From NCBI GenBank assembly GCA_963704725.1, contig OY969934.1, positions 1,819,023 to 1,883,022 of the forward strand: a stretch of DNA of 64,000 nt, read 5' to 3'. This stretch comes from an uncultured Actinomycetes bacterium (lineage in GTDB: Bacteria; Actinomycetota; UBA4738; HRBIN12). This document shows, piece after piece, positions 55,670-64,000 of the stretch (positions within the stretch are counted from its first letter, which is position 1; every line of letters begins with the position of its first letter). Below the pieces are notes generated by a model, which searched no databases, was not told the origin of the DNA, and saw only the letters and a list, made by a program, of their open reading frames with translations. A program made the translations under genes and the position numbers.

Positions 55670-56561
55670 TCATGCCTTCGGACCGATGAAGGCATCGAGA
55701 GCGGCGACCGCCTCCCGGCGAGCGACCGAGATGGTGTTGGGCTTGGAGTTGCGCTGAGCGACGCCGATTGCGTCGCAGGCGTCGCGGAAGATCTGCGAGA
55801 TGTCCTCGGAGGTGTTGGTGAAGAGATACCTGGGATAAGCGTACCTGTCGTGCCAGACCCTGTTGATGATCCGGCAACCATCTGAGTGGATCAGGCCACG
55901 CAGGAGCTGTCGCGGGTATCGGTCGACGACCTGGGTCTGCCACGGGGCCAAGCGGATCGGGCGCTGGTGTTTCAACCCTGGGGCCGTGTTGGGGGAAGAC
56001 ACACGCCCAGTGGTTCCAGTATGCGGAGACCGCGACGCACCCGATCGAGGGCACGATGCCGACCCTCGACACCTCACCGCCCAGCATGCGAGCGATCGCA
56101 TGGCGACCGAGGCCGATGAGGTGCGGATACCGGTTGTCCTGGTAGATGCGGAGCCGGTAGGTCCTCGGCATACGCGTGATGTGTCCGTCCCCGAGGTAGA
56201 GACCGAGTAGGTACGAATAGGCGGCGTCATCGAGCACCCCGGATCCGCATCGCGGGCACGGCGCACGTTGCCTCCCAGACCGATGCGGCCGGTGCCCGGG
56301 CGGACTCTGCGTCCGCCACTCGCGGACGGTGCTTCGGTTGACCCCTGTCATCCGCGAGATCTGACAGTTGTTCCAACCCTCGGCAACCAGCCGAAGTACG
56401 GCATCGACGTCGCGCTGTGGATGCGGAGGTCGCCTCCGAGTGTGTGAACGAGCATATGTGGAGGTACTGACACCCCGAGGTGGGGGGTCTCGGACCGAAA
56501 CGTGTGCAGGACCCGTACACTGCCGCTCCACCACAGTACAGAAGGAGGTTCGGTCGATCAT
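55670..56561 (-). pseudogene. frameshifted HTH + double-LAGLIDADG-like protein gene
   Basis: The N-terminal part is in one frame: VAEGWNNCQISRMTGVNRSTVREWR, CPRCG, YLLGLYLGDG ... FPQHGP. The C-terminal part continues in the frame of ORF 55670-56266: KHQRPIRLAPWQ ... LLRGLIHSDG ... ISVARREAVAALDAFIGPKA. The frame switch lies near 55975-55985. The start codon is uncertain (ATG 56561, or GTG 56534/56531). Confidence 0.6.
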
Positions 56562-57723
56562 CCGTAAGGCCCGCTCCGTCCTCCTGCTGGCGTTCCTGCT
56601 CGCGGCCTGCGAGACGGCGGCGCCCGCCGCGACCCGGCCGGTGCCCTCGGCCACCTCACCGAGCCCGTCATCCGCGAGCGGGTCCCCGTCCGCCAGCCCC
56701 TCGCCGCCCGCCGAGGTCTCGGTGGCGTTCCTGTTCGACTCGACGCCGGAGGGCGCGGTGGAACGGACGCTTCCCGCGCTGCGCGCGGCCCAGCTCGCGT
56801 TCGCCACCGCCCTCCTGTCGGGGGCGGAGCCGGTCGTCGTGGACCTGACGCCGCTCGACACGTCCGGGTCGGATCCGACCGCGATCGCGGCCCAGGTCGC
56901 CGGCGACGCGAGCTACGTGGCCGCCCTCGCCGCGCCCGACCTGCCGGAGCAGGGGGCGATCGCCGAGGTCTTGGGGGAAGCGGACGTCCCGCTGCTCACC
57001 CTGTCGGCCCGGGACGCCGTCGCCGATCCGCCGCCGGGGACGTGGCTGCGGTTCGTCGCTCCGGTGCGGACCCAGGCGCAGGCGCTCGCCGTCACCGCCG
57101 TGTCACTGAAGGCCGCCGGCAAGGGCATGTGCGTGGTCTCGGGACCGCCGGACGGCTCGGACTACACGAGAGCCACGGTGCGCTCCCTCTCGCAACGGGT
57201 CGACGTGACGGAGGCCGGCGGGGCGAGCGCCGCGGCCGAGGCCGGGTGCCGGGTCGTCGTGTGGACGGGTGGGGCGGAGGGCGGCGCGGAGCTCGCGGCG
57301 GCCCTCGCGGGCTCCCACGGGGAGGTCCCAACTCTCGTGGGAGGACCGAGCCTTCTGGAGCGGGCGTTCCTCGACGGGGCCGGCGACGCCGCCGAGGGCA
57401 CGATCGCGGTGTGCTCGTGTGCGGACGTCGGCACGTCGCTGGATCTCGCCGCGCAGCGGTTCGTCCAGGACTACCAGTCGCAGAACGGCTCCCCGCCCGG
57501 CCCGTACGCGGTCGAGGCGTGGGACGCCGCCCACGTCCTCATCCGTGGCCTCGTCGAGGGTGGGCGGACGCGGCTCGGCATCGTCCGATGGCTGGCCAGC
57601 GTTCGGACCGTCGACGGCTTGGGCGGCGTCTACACCTTCTCGGGCGGCGAGCTCGTCCACCCCGGCTCGGGGATCCGACGGTATCGAGTCACGGGCGGTC
57701 GCTGGGTCCTCAGGGCTGAGTGA
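56557..57723 (+). CDS. type-1 periplasmic-binding-fold lipoprotein (orphan solute-binding protein)
   Basis: Lipobox LLLAFLLAAC, then a Ser/Pro linker and a Leu/Ile/Val-binding-protein-like domain. No ATG/GTG/TTG lies between the strong SD GAAGGAGG (56541-56548) and the signal peptide. ATC at 56557 or 56560 is the best-placed start; otherwise an upstream GTG near 56458. Confidence 0.65.
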   Translation: MIRKARSVLLLAFLLAACETAAPAATRPVPSATSPSPSSASGSPSASPSPPAEVSVAFLFDSTPEGAVERTLPALRAAQLAFATALLSGAEPVVVDLTPLDTSGSDPTAIAAQVAGDASYVAALAAPDLPEQGAIAEVLGEADVPLLTLSARDAVADPPPGTWLRFVAPVRTQAQALAVTAVSLKAAGKGMCVVSGPPDGSDYTRATVRSLSQRVDVTEAGGASAAAEAGCRVVVWTGGAEGGAELAAALAGSHGEVPTLVGGPSLLERAFLDGAGDAAEGTIAVCSCADVGTSLDLAAQRFVQDYQSQNGSPPGPYAVEAWDAAHVLIRGLVEGGRTRLGIVRWLASVRTVDGLGGVYTFSGGELVHPGSGIRRYRVTGGRWVLRAE

Positions 57724-57838
57724 GCGCGCTCCGCGTTCCTCTTCGCCTCCTGGCTTGAGCGCGACGCCGGGTTGGGTCAGGATACCGCCCATGTACTTCG
57801 GGGATGCCCCCGGAGGCATCCTGAAGGAGGGGGACGGT

Positions 57839-58756
57839 TTGAACAGAGTGAGGGTTCTGGTGGCGGGGGTGGCGGCGATGCTCGTGCTCGCCTTCGCTGC
57901 ATGCGCGAGCAACGAGGGCGACACCGGTGCCAGCGGGGCCACGACGACCGGGACGACCGGGACGACCGGCACTACCTCGGGCACGGGGAGCACCGGTACC
58001 ACGGGGACATCGGGCGCCACGGGTATCCCCGCGTTCACGACGCTGCAGGACGGCGTCCTGCAGGTCGGCTCCTGCCTGGACTACCCGCCCTTCGAGACCG
58101 TGAAGAGCGGACAGGAGCAGGGCTTCGACGTCGACATGGTGGACGAGATCGCGTCCCGCCTCGGACTCACGGTCGAGTGGGTGCGCGCCGACTTCGACAC
58201 CATCTTCACGTCGGTCGCCGGGGGCCAGTTCGACATGGTGGCCGCCGCCTCCACGATCACGCCCGAGCGCGAGCAGACTGTCGACTTCTCCGATCCGTAC
58301 TTCAACTCGCGCCAGGCTCTCGTGGTGAACACGAACGAGACCCCCGATCTCACGTCGACCGACCAGCTCCAGTCCGGAGACGTCGTGGGGGTCCAGAAGG
58401 GGACGACCGGGGCGGCCTGGTCGAAGGAGAACCTCGAGCCGAACGGCATCCAGATCCAGACCTTCACGTCGGCCACCGACGCGCTCCGGGCCCTCGAGGG
58501 TGGGGCGATGATCGGCGTCATCGCCGACGAGCCGTTCGTGGGCGACGCGATCGGCAACCTCCCGAGCCTCGAGGTCGTCCAAGGGATCGACACGAACGAG
58601 AAGTACGGGTTCGCGTTCTCGCCGGACAACACCGAGCTGCGCGATGCGGCGAATATCATGCTGGCGCAGATCATCGCCGACGGGACGTACGCGGAGATCT
58701 TCCAGAGATGGTTCCCAGGAGTGGAGGTGCCGCCCGAGTTCCAACCATCGGCGTAG
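57839..58756 (+). CDS. polar amino-acid ABC transporter substrate-binding lipoprotein (family 3)
   Basis: TTG at 57839, 5 nt after GAAGGAGGGGG. Signal peptide MNRVRVLVAGVAAMLVLAFAAC, a Thr/Gly linker, then PPFE..., DFDTIFTSVAGGQFDMVAAASTITPER. Confidence 0.85.
   Translation: MNRVRVLVAGVAAMLVLAFAACASNEGDTGASGATTTGTTGTTGTTSGTGSTGTTGTSGATGIPAFTTLQDGVLQVGSCLDYPPFETVKSGQEQGFDVDMVDEIASRLGLTVEWVRADFDTIFTSVAGGQFDMVAAASTITPEREQTVDFSDPYFNSRQALVVNTNETPDLTSTDQLQSGDVVGVQKGTTGAAWSKENLEPNGIQIQTFTSATDALRALEGGAMIGVIADEPFVGDAIGNLPSLEVVQGIDTNEKYGFAFSPDNTELRDAANIMLAQIIADGTYAEIFQRWFPGVEVPPEFQPSA
57943..57969 (+). repeat. 3 perfect tandem copies of GACGACCGG inside the Thr/Gly linker coding region
   Basis: Read directly; encodes TTGTTGTTG. 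Confidence 0.85.
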
Positions 58757-58776
58757 GAAACGTGACGTTTCGACAG

Positions 58777-58807
58777 AAGGGGTCCGCGCCCGGTGCGCGG
58801 GCCCCTT
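58777..58807 (+). terminator. 13-bp hairpin (one G-U pair) between the binding-protein and permease genes, preceded by the palindrome GAAACGT-G-ACGTTTC (58757-58771)
   Basis: AAGGGGTCCGCGC-ccggt-GCGCGGGCCCCTT, read directly; no U-tract. Confidence 0.35.
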
Positions 58808-58811
58808 CCGC

Positions 58812-59978
58812 ATGAAGGGGGGTCGGATGGCTGTCGTGGAGGCCGAGGCGGGGCTCCTTCGGGAGGCCCCACCCGATACGCGGGGGCGGAGCTCGCCGAT
58901 CTCCGCCACGTCCCTGTGGCTCGGCATCCTTGCGATCGGCGCCGTGCTCGGCGGCCTGGTCTTCGTCCAGGTGAACTTCGCCCTCTCCGCGCGGCAGCTC
59001 ACACGGGAGTGCGTCGACCTCGGCCTGACCTCCGACATCACCGGTGCCGTCGGCGTCTGCAACATCGTCGAGGGCCTCAGGTCGTCGGAGCAGACGGCCC
59101 TCCTCTACGGGGGGATCGTCCTGGGGATCGCCGGGATGGCCGTCGGATGGGGGACGTACAAGCGGATGGATACCCGGCGGCGGCGCGAGCAGGCCGTGAC
59201 GGGCGCGATCCTCGGCCTGCAGGCAGTCGTCATCGCCATCGTCCTCCTGTTGTTCCGCGCCGGGCGGCCGGACCTGTTCGCGAAACACTTCCTGAACTTC
59301 GACGTGCTCGGGTCCTACTTCCCCAGGTCCTTCTTCGCGGCGATGAAGAACACGATCTTCCTGGCCTTCGTCGGGGAGTTCGGGGGCATCGTGATCGGCC
59401 TCGCCCTCGCCGTCCTGGCGATCTCGCAGCGCAAGGCTGCCCGCGCCCCGGCGCGCGCATACATCAACTTCTTCCGGGGGACGCCGCTCATCTGGCAGCT
59501 CGCCACCACCTACTTCCTCCTGCTGTTCATGGGCCTCAAGACCTCGGCGTTCACGGTGGCGATGATGGTCTTCGCGCTCAACACCGGGGCCTACGCGGCC
59601 GAGGTCTTCCGGGCCGGCATCCAGTCGATCGAGCGCGGGCAGATCGAGGCGGCGCGGTCGCTCGGGATGTCGTGGTTCCAGGCGATGCGCTTCGCGATCG
59701 TGCCGCAGGCGATCCGTCGCGTGATCCCGCCGCTCATGAACGAGTTCGTGATCCTGATCAAGGACACCGCCCTGGTGATCGTCCTCGGGCTGTTGGAGTC
59801 CCAGTACGAGCTGTTCACCTGGGCCCGTCAGGGCGTCTCCGACACCTTCAACGCGACGTTCTTCACCGCGACGGCCCTCGGCTACCTCGCGGTGACCTTG
59901 CCGCTGATCCGCCTGGTGAACTCGGTCGAGAAGCGCCTGCGGAGCGGCCTCGTGAGCATCGCCGGAGCGGCTCAATGA
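58812..59978 (+). CDS. amino-acid ABC transporter permease (HisM/GlnP type) with an N-terminal extension
   Basis: The C-terminal ~220 aa carry [11 protein letters not shown] and [22 protein letters not shown]. About 150 extra N-terminal residues add further TM helices. Start at ATG 58812 or 58827. Confidence 0.85.
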   Translation: MKGGRMAVVEAEAGLLREAPPDTRGRSSPISATSLWLGILAIGAVLGGLVFVQVNFALSARQLTRECVDLGLTSDITGAVGVCNIVEGLRSSEQTALLYGGIVLGIAGMAVGWGTYKRMDTRRRREQAVTGAILGLQAVVIAIVLLLFRAGRPDLFAKHFLNFDVLGSYFPRSFFAAMKNTIFLAFVGEFGGIVIGLALAVLAISQRKAARAPARAYINFFRGTPLIWQLATTYFLLLFMGLKTSAFTVAMMVFALNTGAYAAEVFRAGIQSIERGQIEAARSLGMSWFQAMRFAIVPQAIRRVIPPLMNEFVILIKDTALVIVLGLLESQYELFTWARQGVSDTFNATFFTATALGYLAVTLPLIRLVNSVEKRLRSGLVSIAGAAQ

Positions 59979-60736
59979 GCGCGGCATCGGTGGCACCGAG
60001 CAAGGTCGAGCCCCTGATCCGGATGGAGGGCATCCACAAGTGGTTCGAGGACAACCACGTGCTCCGTGGCGTTGACCTCGCGCTCGAGCCCGGCGAGGTT
60101 CAGGTCATCATCGGCCCCTCCGGCGGGGGGAAGTCGACTCTGTTGCGGTGCACGAACCTTCTCGAGCGGCCCACGCTGGGCAGCGTGTGGTTCGAGGGCA
60201 CAGACATCACCGACATCCGCGTGAACCTGAACGACGTCCGGACCCGGATGGGGATCGTCTTCCAGCAGTTCAACCTGTTCCCCCACATGACCGTGATGCG
60301 GAACATCACGATCGCGTTGCAGAAGGTCATGAGGATCGACGAGAAGGAAGCCCGGGAGCGGGCGGTCGAGCAGCTCCAGCGGGTCGGGCTCGAGCAGAAG
60401 GCCGACGCCTTTCCGGGCCAGCTCTCGGGCGGGCAGCAGCAGCGGGTCGCGATCGCCCGGGCGTTGGCCATGAAGCCCCGTCTCATGCTGTTCGACGAGG
60501 TCACCTCGGCCCTGGACCCCGAGCTCGTGGGGGAGGTCCTGGCCGTCATGCGCCAGCTCGCCGACGAGGGCATGACGATGATGGTCGTCACGCACGAGAT
60601 GGGGTTCGCGCGGGAGGTCGGGACCTGGATGGTCTTCGTCGACGGCGGCGTGATCGCCGAGAAGGGGCGCCCGAAGGAGATGTTCGCCAACCCTGAGACC
60701 GAGCGGCTCCGGCAGTTCTTCAGCAAGGTCCTGTGA
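59975..60736 (+). CDS. amino-acid ABC transporter ATP-binding protein (GlnQ type)
   Basis: ATG at 59975 overlaps the permease stop. Motifs: [23 protein letters not shown] and [11 protein letters not shown]. Confidence 0.92.
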   Translation: MSAASVAPSKVEPLIRMEGIHKWFEDNHVLRGVDLALEPGEVQVIIGPSGGGKSTLLRCTNLLERPTLGSVWFEGTDITDIRVNLNDVRTRMGIVFQQFNLFPHMTVMRNITIALQKVMRIDEKEARERAVEQLQRVGLEQKADAFPGQLSGGQQQRVAIARALAMKPRLMLFDEVTSALDPELVGEVLAVMRQLADEGMTMMVVTHEMGFAREVGTWMVFVDGGVIAEKGRPKEMFANPETERLRQFFSKVL

Positions 60737-60740
60737 CCCT

Positions 60741-61112
60741 GTGCCCGTGACCCGACGCTGGCTGCCGATCGCTGCCGTGCTCGTCGCGGTGGCCTCGCTC
60801 CTGGTCTCGCTCGTGCTGGCCGGCGAGGAGCCCGCTCCGTACGTGATCACGGCGATCAACTACCACTTCCACGACGCGCACCCGACCTTCCCCATCGCCC
60901 CGGGGCGCGACCTGGTGGTCAAGAACGCCAGCCAGAACCTCCACAACGTGACGATCCCGGCGCTGAACTACTCGGAGGACGTCAAGCCGGGCGAGCAGCT
61001 CGTGATCCAGGACATCGCGTCGCAGTTCGGGGCACCGGGCAGATACACGTTCGTCTGCCTGTATCACCAGGATCGCGGCATGAGCGGCACGCTCATCATC
61101 GCGGGAGGGTGA
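60741..61112 (+). CDS. membrane-anchored cupredoxin-like (type-1 copper) protein
   Basis: 123 aa. N-terminal TM helix, a His in NLHNVT, and C-terminal FVCLYHQDRGMSG with the plastocyanin-type C-X2-H-X4-M spacing. Confidence 0.7.
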   Translation: MPVTRRWLPIAAVLVAVASLLVSLVLAGEEPAPYVITAINYHFHDAHPTFPIAPGRDLVVKNASQNLHNVTIPALNYSEDVKPGEQLVIQDIASQFGAPGRYTFVCLYHQDRGMSGTLIIAGG

Positions 61113-61394
61113 GGCGAGGGGCCTCGGGAAGAGATCGACGGGCCGAGGAGCCTTTGGAGCCGCTCACGCCTTCCCCATACGCGAGCGTTGTCTACTCGGT
61201 TCCTCGGCCCGTCAAAAGGTGGCCCCAAGCGACCTCTGAGCCCGGTCGGCCGGCGTATCCTCCGCCTCGGTGGTCCATCCCTTGGGGCTTGCGCCCCTCG
61301 GTGTGGCCCTCCTTCTCGGAGGCACTACCCGCCTCCCGGTCCCGTGTCGGCCGCTTGGGACCGGAGCGAACAGTAGCGACGTGCCCTGAGCGTG

Positions 61395-61406
61395 TCAACG
61401 CGTTGA
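61395..61406. promoter_or_regulatory. 12-nt perfect palindrome TCAACGCGTTGA (extends to 15/16 as CGTgTCAACGCGTTGAaACG)
   Basis: Read directly. Shares the AACGCGTT core with the palindrome at 61486-61497. Confidence 0.35.
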
Positions 61407-61485
61407 AACGCCTGCACCGCAGGCATGACGGATCGATCCCGCAGGTAGCCCCTTGCGTCGCTGCGATGAAGAAAGAGTGACAAAC

Positions 61486-61497
61486 GGAACGCGTTCC
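61486..61497. promoter_or_regulatory. 12-nt perfect palindrome GGAACGCGTTCC
   Basis: Read directly. Lies about 100 nt upstream of the polA start in a locally AT-richer stretch. Confidence 0.35.
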
Positions 61498-61599
61498 CGA
61501 TGCGGCGACTGGACCGCCGATCATTCGGGTCGGAACCGTCCCGGGCGTCGGGAGCGTCGGCGGATCGCGCTAGGATCAGCCGACGTGACCCCTCGCACG

Positions 61600-64000
61600 A
61601 TGGACCCGCCGAAACGACTGTTCCTCCTCGACGGTCACAGCCTCAGCTATCGCGCGTTCTTCGCGCTGCCGACGAGCCTCGCGACGACGACCGGGCAGGT
61701 GACGAACGCCGTCTACGGGTTCACGTCGATGCTGATCAAGCTCCTCGCGGAGGAGCGGCCCGATCTCATCGCCGTCGCGTTCGACGTGGGCAAGCCGACC
61801 GCGCGGCTGGAACGGTACGCCGAGTACAAGGCCGGCCGCCCCGAGACGCCGGACGAGTTCCGGCAGCAGCTGGGCCTGATCGTGGAGGTGCTCGAGACCC
61901 TGCGGATCCCGGTGATCGGGATCGAGGGACACGAGGCGGACGACGCGATCGGGACGCTCGCGGTCCAGGCCCACGGACAGGGCATCGACGTCGTCATCGT
62001 GACGGCCGACCGAGACTTCTTCCAGCTCGTCCGGCCCGGCATCACGGTGATGTTCAACGTCAAGGGTATCTCCGACATCCGGCGGTACGACGTGCAGGCG
62101 GTGACGGAGCGATTCGGGCTCCCGCCGGAGAAGTACCTCGAATACGTCGCGCTCAAGGGCGACGCGTCGGACAACATCCCCGGCGTCCCCGGCGTCGGGG
62201 AGAAGACCGCGTCCAAGCTCGTCCAGGACTTCGGGTCGGTCGAAGAGCTCCTGCGCCGCACCGACGAGCTCAAGGGCAAGCTGAAGGACTCCATCGAGGC
62301 GGCGGGGGAGCAGCTCGCGCTCAACAAGGAGCTCGCCCAGCTCAAGCTCGACGTCGAGCTCCCGGTGCGCCCCGAGGACTGCGTGATGGGGGAGTGGGAC
62401 GTCGAGGCCGTCCGGCGCCTGTTCACGTCGCTCGAGTTCCGCACCCTGTTCGAGCGGCTGGAGGAGGTCGGTCGGAGCGCCAAGCCGGCCGTCGAGGTGG
62501 CCGAGCTCGACCTGCGGGAGGCGGCCGTCCCGGAGGTCGCGGCGCTGCTCGAGGCCGACACGCCGAAGGCGCTCCGCATCGACGCCGACGGCGGGCGGAT
62601 CGTGGGCCTGGCGGTCTCGGTCGGCGGCGGGCAGGCGGCGTACGCGCCCGTCAAGAAGGCGTCGGACGTCGCGAAGACTCTGGCCGGCCCGGCGCCGAAG
62701 TGGACCCACGACGCCAAGGACACCGAGACGGCCGCGCTCGCGGCGGGGGGGAGTCTCGGCGGGGTTGCCTTCGACACGATGCTGGCCGGGTACCTGCTCG
62801 ACCCGGCGGCCCCGAGCTTCGCCCTCGGGGTCCTGTGCGAGACCTACCTCGGGACCGACGTCCTCGGCTCGACGGTCGAGGAGACCGAGGGCCAGCTCTT
62901 CGGCGAGGCGTGGCGTCCCTGGGCGGCGGAGGCGGCCGCCGTGGCCCTGCTGGCTCCGGTGATCGCCGAGCGGGTGGAGAAGGCGGGGCTGCGCCATCTT
63001 CTCGACGACGTCGAGCTGCCGCTGTCCTCGGTCCTGGCGCGCATGCAGGCCGCGGGGGTCGCCCTCGACGTCGAGTACCTCGACGAGATGGCCGAGGGCG
63101 TCCGGGACAAGATGGCGACGCTCCGCGAGGAGATCTACCGCCACGCCGGCGAGGAGTTCAACCTCAACTCCCCGCCGCAGCTCCGGACGATCCTGTACGA
63201 GAAGCTCCGGCTCTCGCCGGGCAAGAAGACCTCGAAGGGCCAGCTCTCCACGGACGCCTCGGTGCTCGAGAAGCTCCGCGACGCCCATCCCATCGTCGAC
63301 GCCCTGCTGTCGTGGCGCGAGCTCGACAAGCTGAACTCCACCTACCTGGAGGCCCTGCCGCGTCAGGTCGATCCGCGCGACGGGCGGGTGCACACGACGT
63401 TCAACCAGACCGGCGCCGCCACGGGACGGCTGTCGAGCTCCAACCCCAACCTCCAGAACATCCCCGTTCGCGGGGAGCTCGGCCGCCAGATCCGCCGCGC
63501 GTTCGTGCCGGGGGCGAAGGACCAGGTGCTCCTCGTCGCCGACTACTCGCAGATCGAGCTCCGGATCCTGGCGCACCTCGCAGGGGACGAGGGATTGAAG
63601 GCGGCGTTCGAGTCGGGGGTGGACATCCACACGGCGACCTCGGCGAGGGTGTTCGGGCTGCCGGAGGACCAGGTCGACCCGGCCACGCGCTCCCGGGCCA
63701 AGGCGATCAACTACGGGCTGGCCTACGGGATGAACGCGTGGGGCCTCGCCTCGCGCCTGGAGATCACGCCGGACGAGGCGCAGGAGTTCATCGACGCGTA
63801 CTTCGCGAGCTTCCCGCAGATCCGCGACTTCCTCGACCGACAGGTGGCCCGGGCCGCCGCCGAGGGTTTCACCGAGACCCTCCTCGGCCGCCGTCGCTAC
63901 ATCCCCGAGCTCCAGGCGGCCAATCCAAGGGTTCGCGACATGGGCCGGCGGATGGCGCTCAACGCGCCGATCCAGGGGAGCGCGGCCGACGTGTTCAAGC
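61600..64000 (+). CDS. polA: DNA polymerase I (5' partial, runs off the window end)
   Basis: Translated by hand because it is not in the ORF track: MDPPKRLFLLDGHSLSYRAFFALP...GHEADDAIGTLA (5'-nuclease domain). Near the window end: DYSQIELRILAHL, AKAINYGLAYGM, NAPIQGSAADVFK (Pol I motifs A, B and C). An alternative GTG start lies at 61585. Confidence 0.93.
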   Translation, partial: MDPPKRLFLLDGHSLSYRAFFALPTSLATTTGQVTNAVYGFTSMLIKLLAEERPDLIAVAFDVGKPTARLERYAEYKAGRPETPDEFRQQLGLIVEVLETLRIPVIGIEGHEADDAIGTLAVQAHGQGIDVVIVTADRDFFQLVRPGITVMFNVKGISDIRRYDVQAVTERFGLPPEKYLEYVALKGDASDNIPGVPGVGEKTASKLVQDFGSVEELLRRTDELKGKLKDSIEAAGEQLALNKELAQLKLDVELPVRPEDCVMGEWDVEAVRRLFTSLEFRTLFERLEEVGRSAKPAVEVAELDLREAAVPEVAALLEADTPKALRIDADGGRIVGLAVSVGGGQAAYAPVKKASDVAKTLAGPAPKWTHDAKDTETAALAAGGSLGGVAFDTMLAGYLLDPAAPSFALGVLCETYLGTDVLGSTVEETEGQLFGEAWRPWAAEAAAVALLAPVIAERVEKAGLRHLLDDVELPLSSVLARMQAAGVALDVEYLDEMAEGVRDKMATLREEIYRHAGEEFNLNSPPQLRTILYEKLRLSPGKKTSKGQLSTDASVLEKLRDAHPIVDALLSWRELDKLNSTYLEALPRQVDPRDGRVHTTFNQTGAATGRLSSSNPNLQNIPVRGELGRQIRRAFVPGAKDQVLLVADYSQIELRILAHLAGDEGLKAAFESGVDIHTATSARVFGLPEDQVDPATRSRAKAINYGLAYGMNAWGLASRLEITPDEAQEFIDAYFASFPQIRDFLDRQVARAAAEGFTETLLGRRRYIPELQAANPRVRDMGRRMALNAPIQGSAADVFK

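Noticed and set aside
55559-56900. Idea that tRNA-Leu marks an integrated genomic island
   Set aside because: There is no integrase, no direct repeat of the tRNA 3' end, and the flanking genes look like ordinary chromosomal genes. Only the LAGLIDADG-type pseudogene is unusual.
61109-61524. Track ORFs 61109-61480 (+, 123 aa) and 61192-61524 (-, 110 aa) in the polA-upstream spacer
   Set aside because: Both translations are Pro/Arg/Gly/Ser-rich with no motifs or plausible SD-start pairs, and the DNA is dominated by palindromes and helices. The region is treated as non-coding.
61113-61599. Known structured RNAs (RNase P, tmRNA, SRP/4.5S, 6C, cobalamin/TPP/glycine riboswitches) as the identity of the polA-upstream spacer
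   Set aside because: I looked by eye for their hallmark conserved strings on both strands and found none. This is a weak negative without a covariance-model scan.
61576-63630. 684-aa minus-strand ORF, the only long ORF the track offers for this region
   Set aside because: The plus strand encodes an unmistakable DNA polymerase I that lacks a stop codon inside the window and is therefore absent from the track. The minus-strand ORF is its antisense shadow.
1-64000. CRISPR arrays, rRNA genes, IS elements and transposases
   Set aside because: I saw no regularly spaced direct repeats, rRNA-like conserved stretches, or transposase or integrase-like translations on reading the window.

Overview
High-GC (about 70% by eye, not computed) actinobacterial-type chromosomal segment, almost entirely core housekeeping genes. 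All calls rest on motif recognition in the supplied translations and manual reading of the DNA; no searches were run.

Gene order:
- FTCD-like enzyme (-), MBL hydrolase, acyl-CoA dehydrogenase.
- A LexA-boxed damage-inducible cassette: an 83-aa W/R-rich protein, DnaE2 and a catalytically intact DinB.
- DUF3040 and MerR genes, then a MoxR-DUF58-transglutaminase triad (-) and an HNH endonuclease.
- A complete dcw cluster, mraZ-rsmH-ftsL-ftsI-murE-murF-mraY-murD-ftsW-murG-murC-murB-ftsQ-ftsZ, followed by yggS-sepF-yggT-divIVA.
- ileS (-) with a T-box leader, then DUF167, a DksA-like protein, lspA and rluD.
- A Cas4-like PD-(D/E)XK nuclease (-) divergent from replicative dnaE.
- A HisA/PriA-like gene followed by trpC-trpB-trpA.
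- A LivJHMGF-type ABC transporter followed by an ornithine-cyclodeaminase-family gene and an FAD oxidoreductase.
- tRNA-Leu(CAA) (-) next to a frameshifted HTH-LAGLIDADG gene.
- An orphan type-1 binding lipoprotein, then a polar amino-acid ABC transporter with a small cupredoxin.
- A roughly 490-nt structured non-coding spacer, then the first 800 codons of polA, which run off the window. polA is absent from the ORF track because it has no stop codon in the window.

No CRISPR array, rRNA, transposase or integrase was seen. Many long ORFs in the track are antisense or alternative-frame artefacts of high GC content.

Most noteworthy:
- The non-canonical SOS mutagenesis cassette at 3.4-8.7 kb.
- A 38-codon transmembrane ORF translationally coupled between mraZ and rsmH.
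- Two unusually long structured spacers, 14.28-14.74 kb and 61.1-61.6 kb; the second carries twin AACGCGTT-core palindromes.
- A divergent HisA-like gene attached to trpCBA.
- A frameshifted LAGLIDADG gene beside tRNA-Leu.
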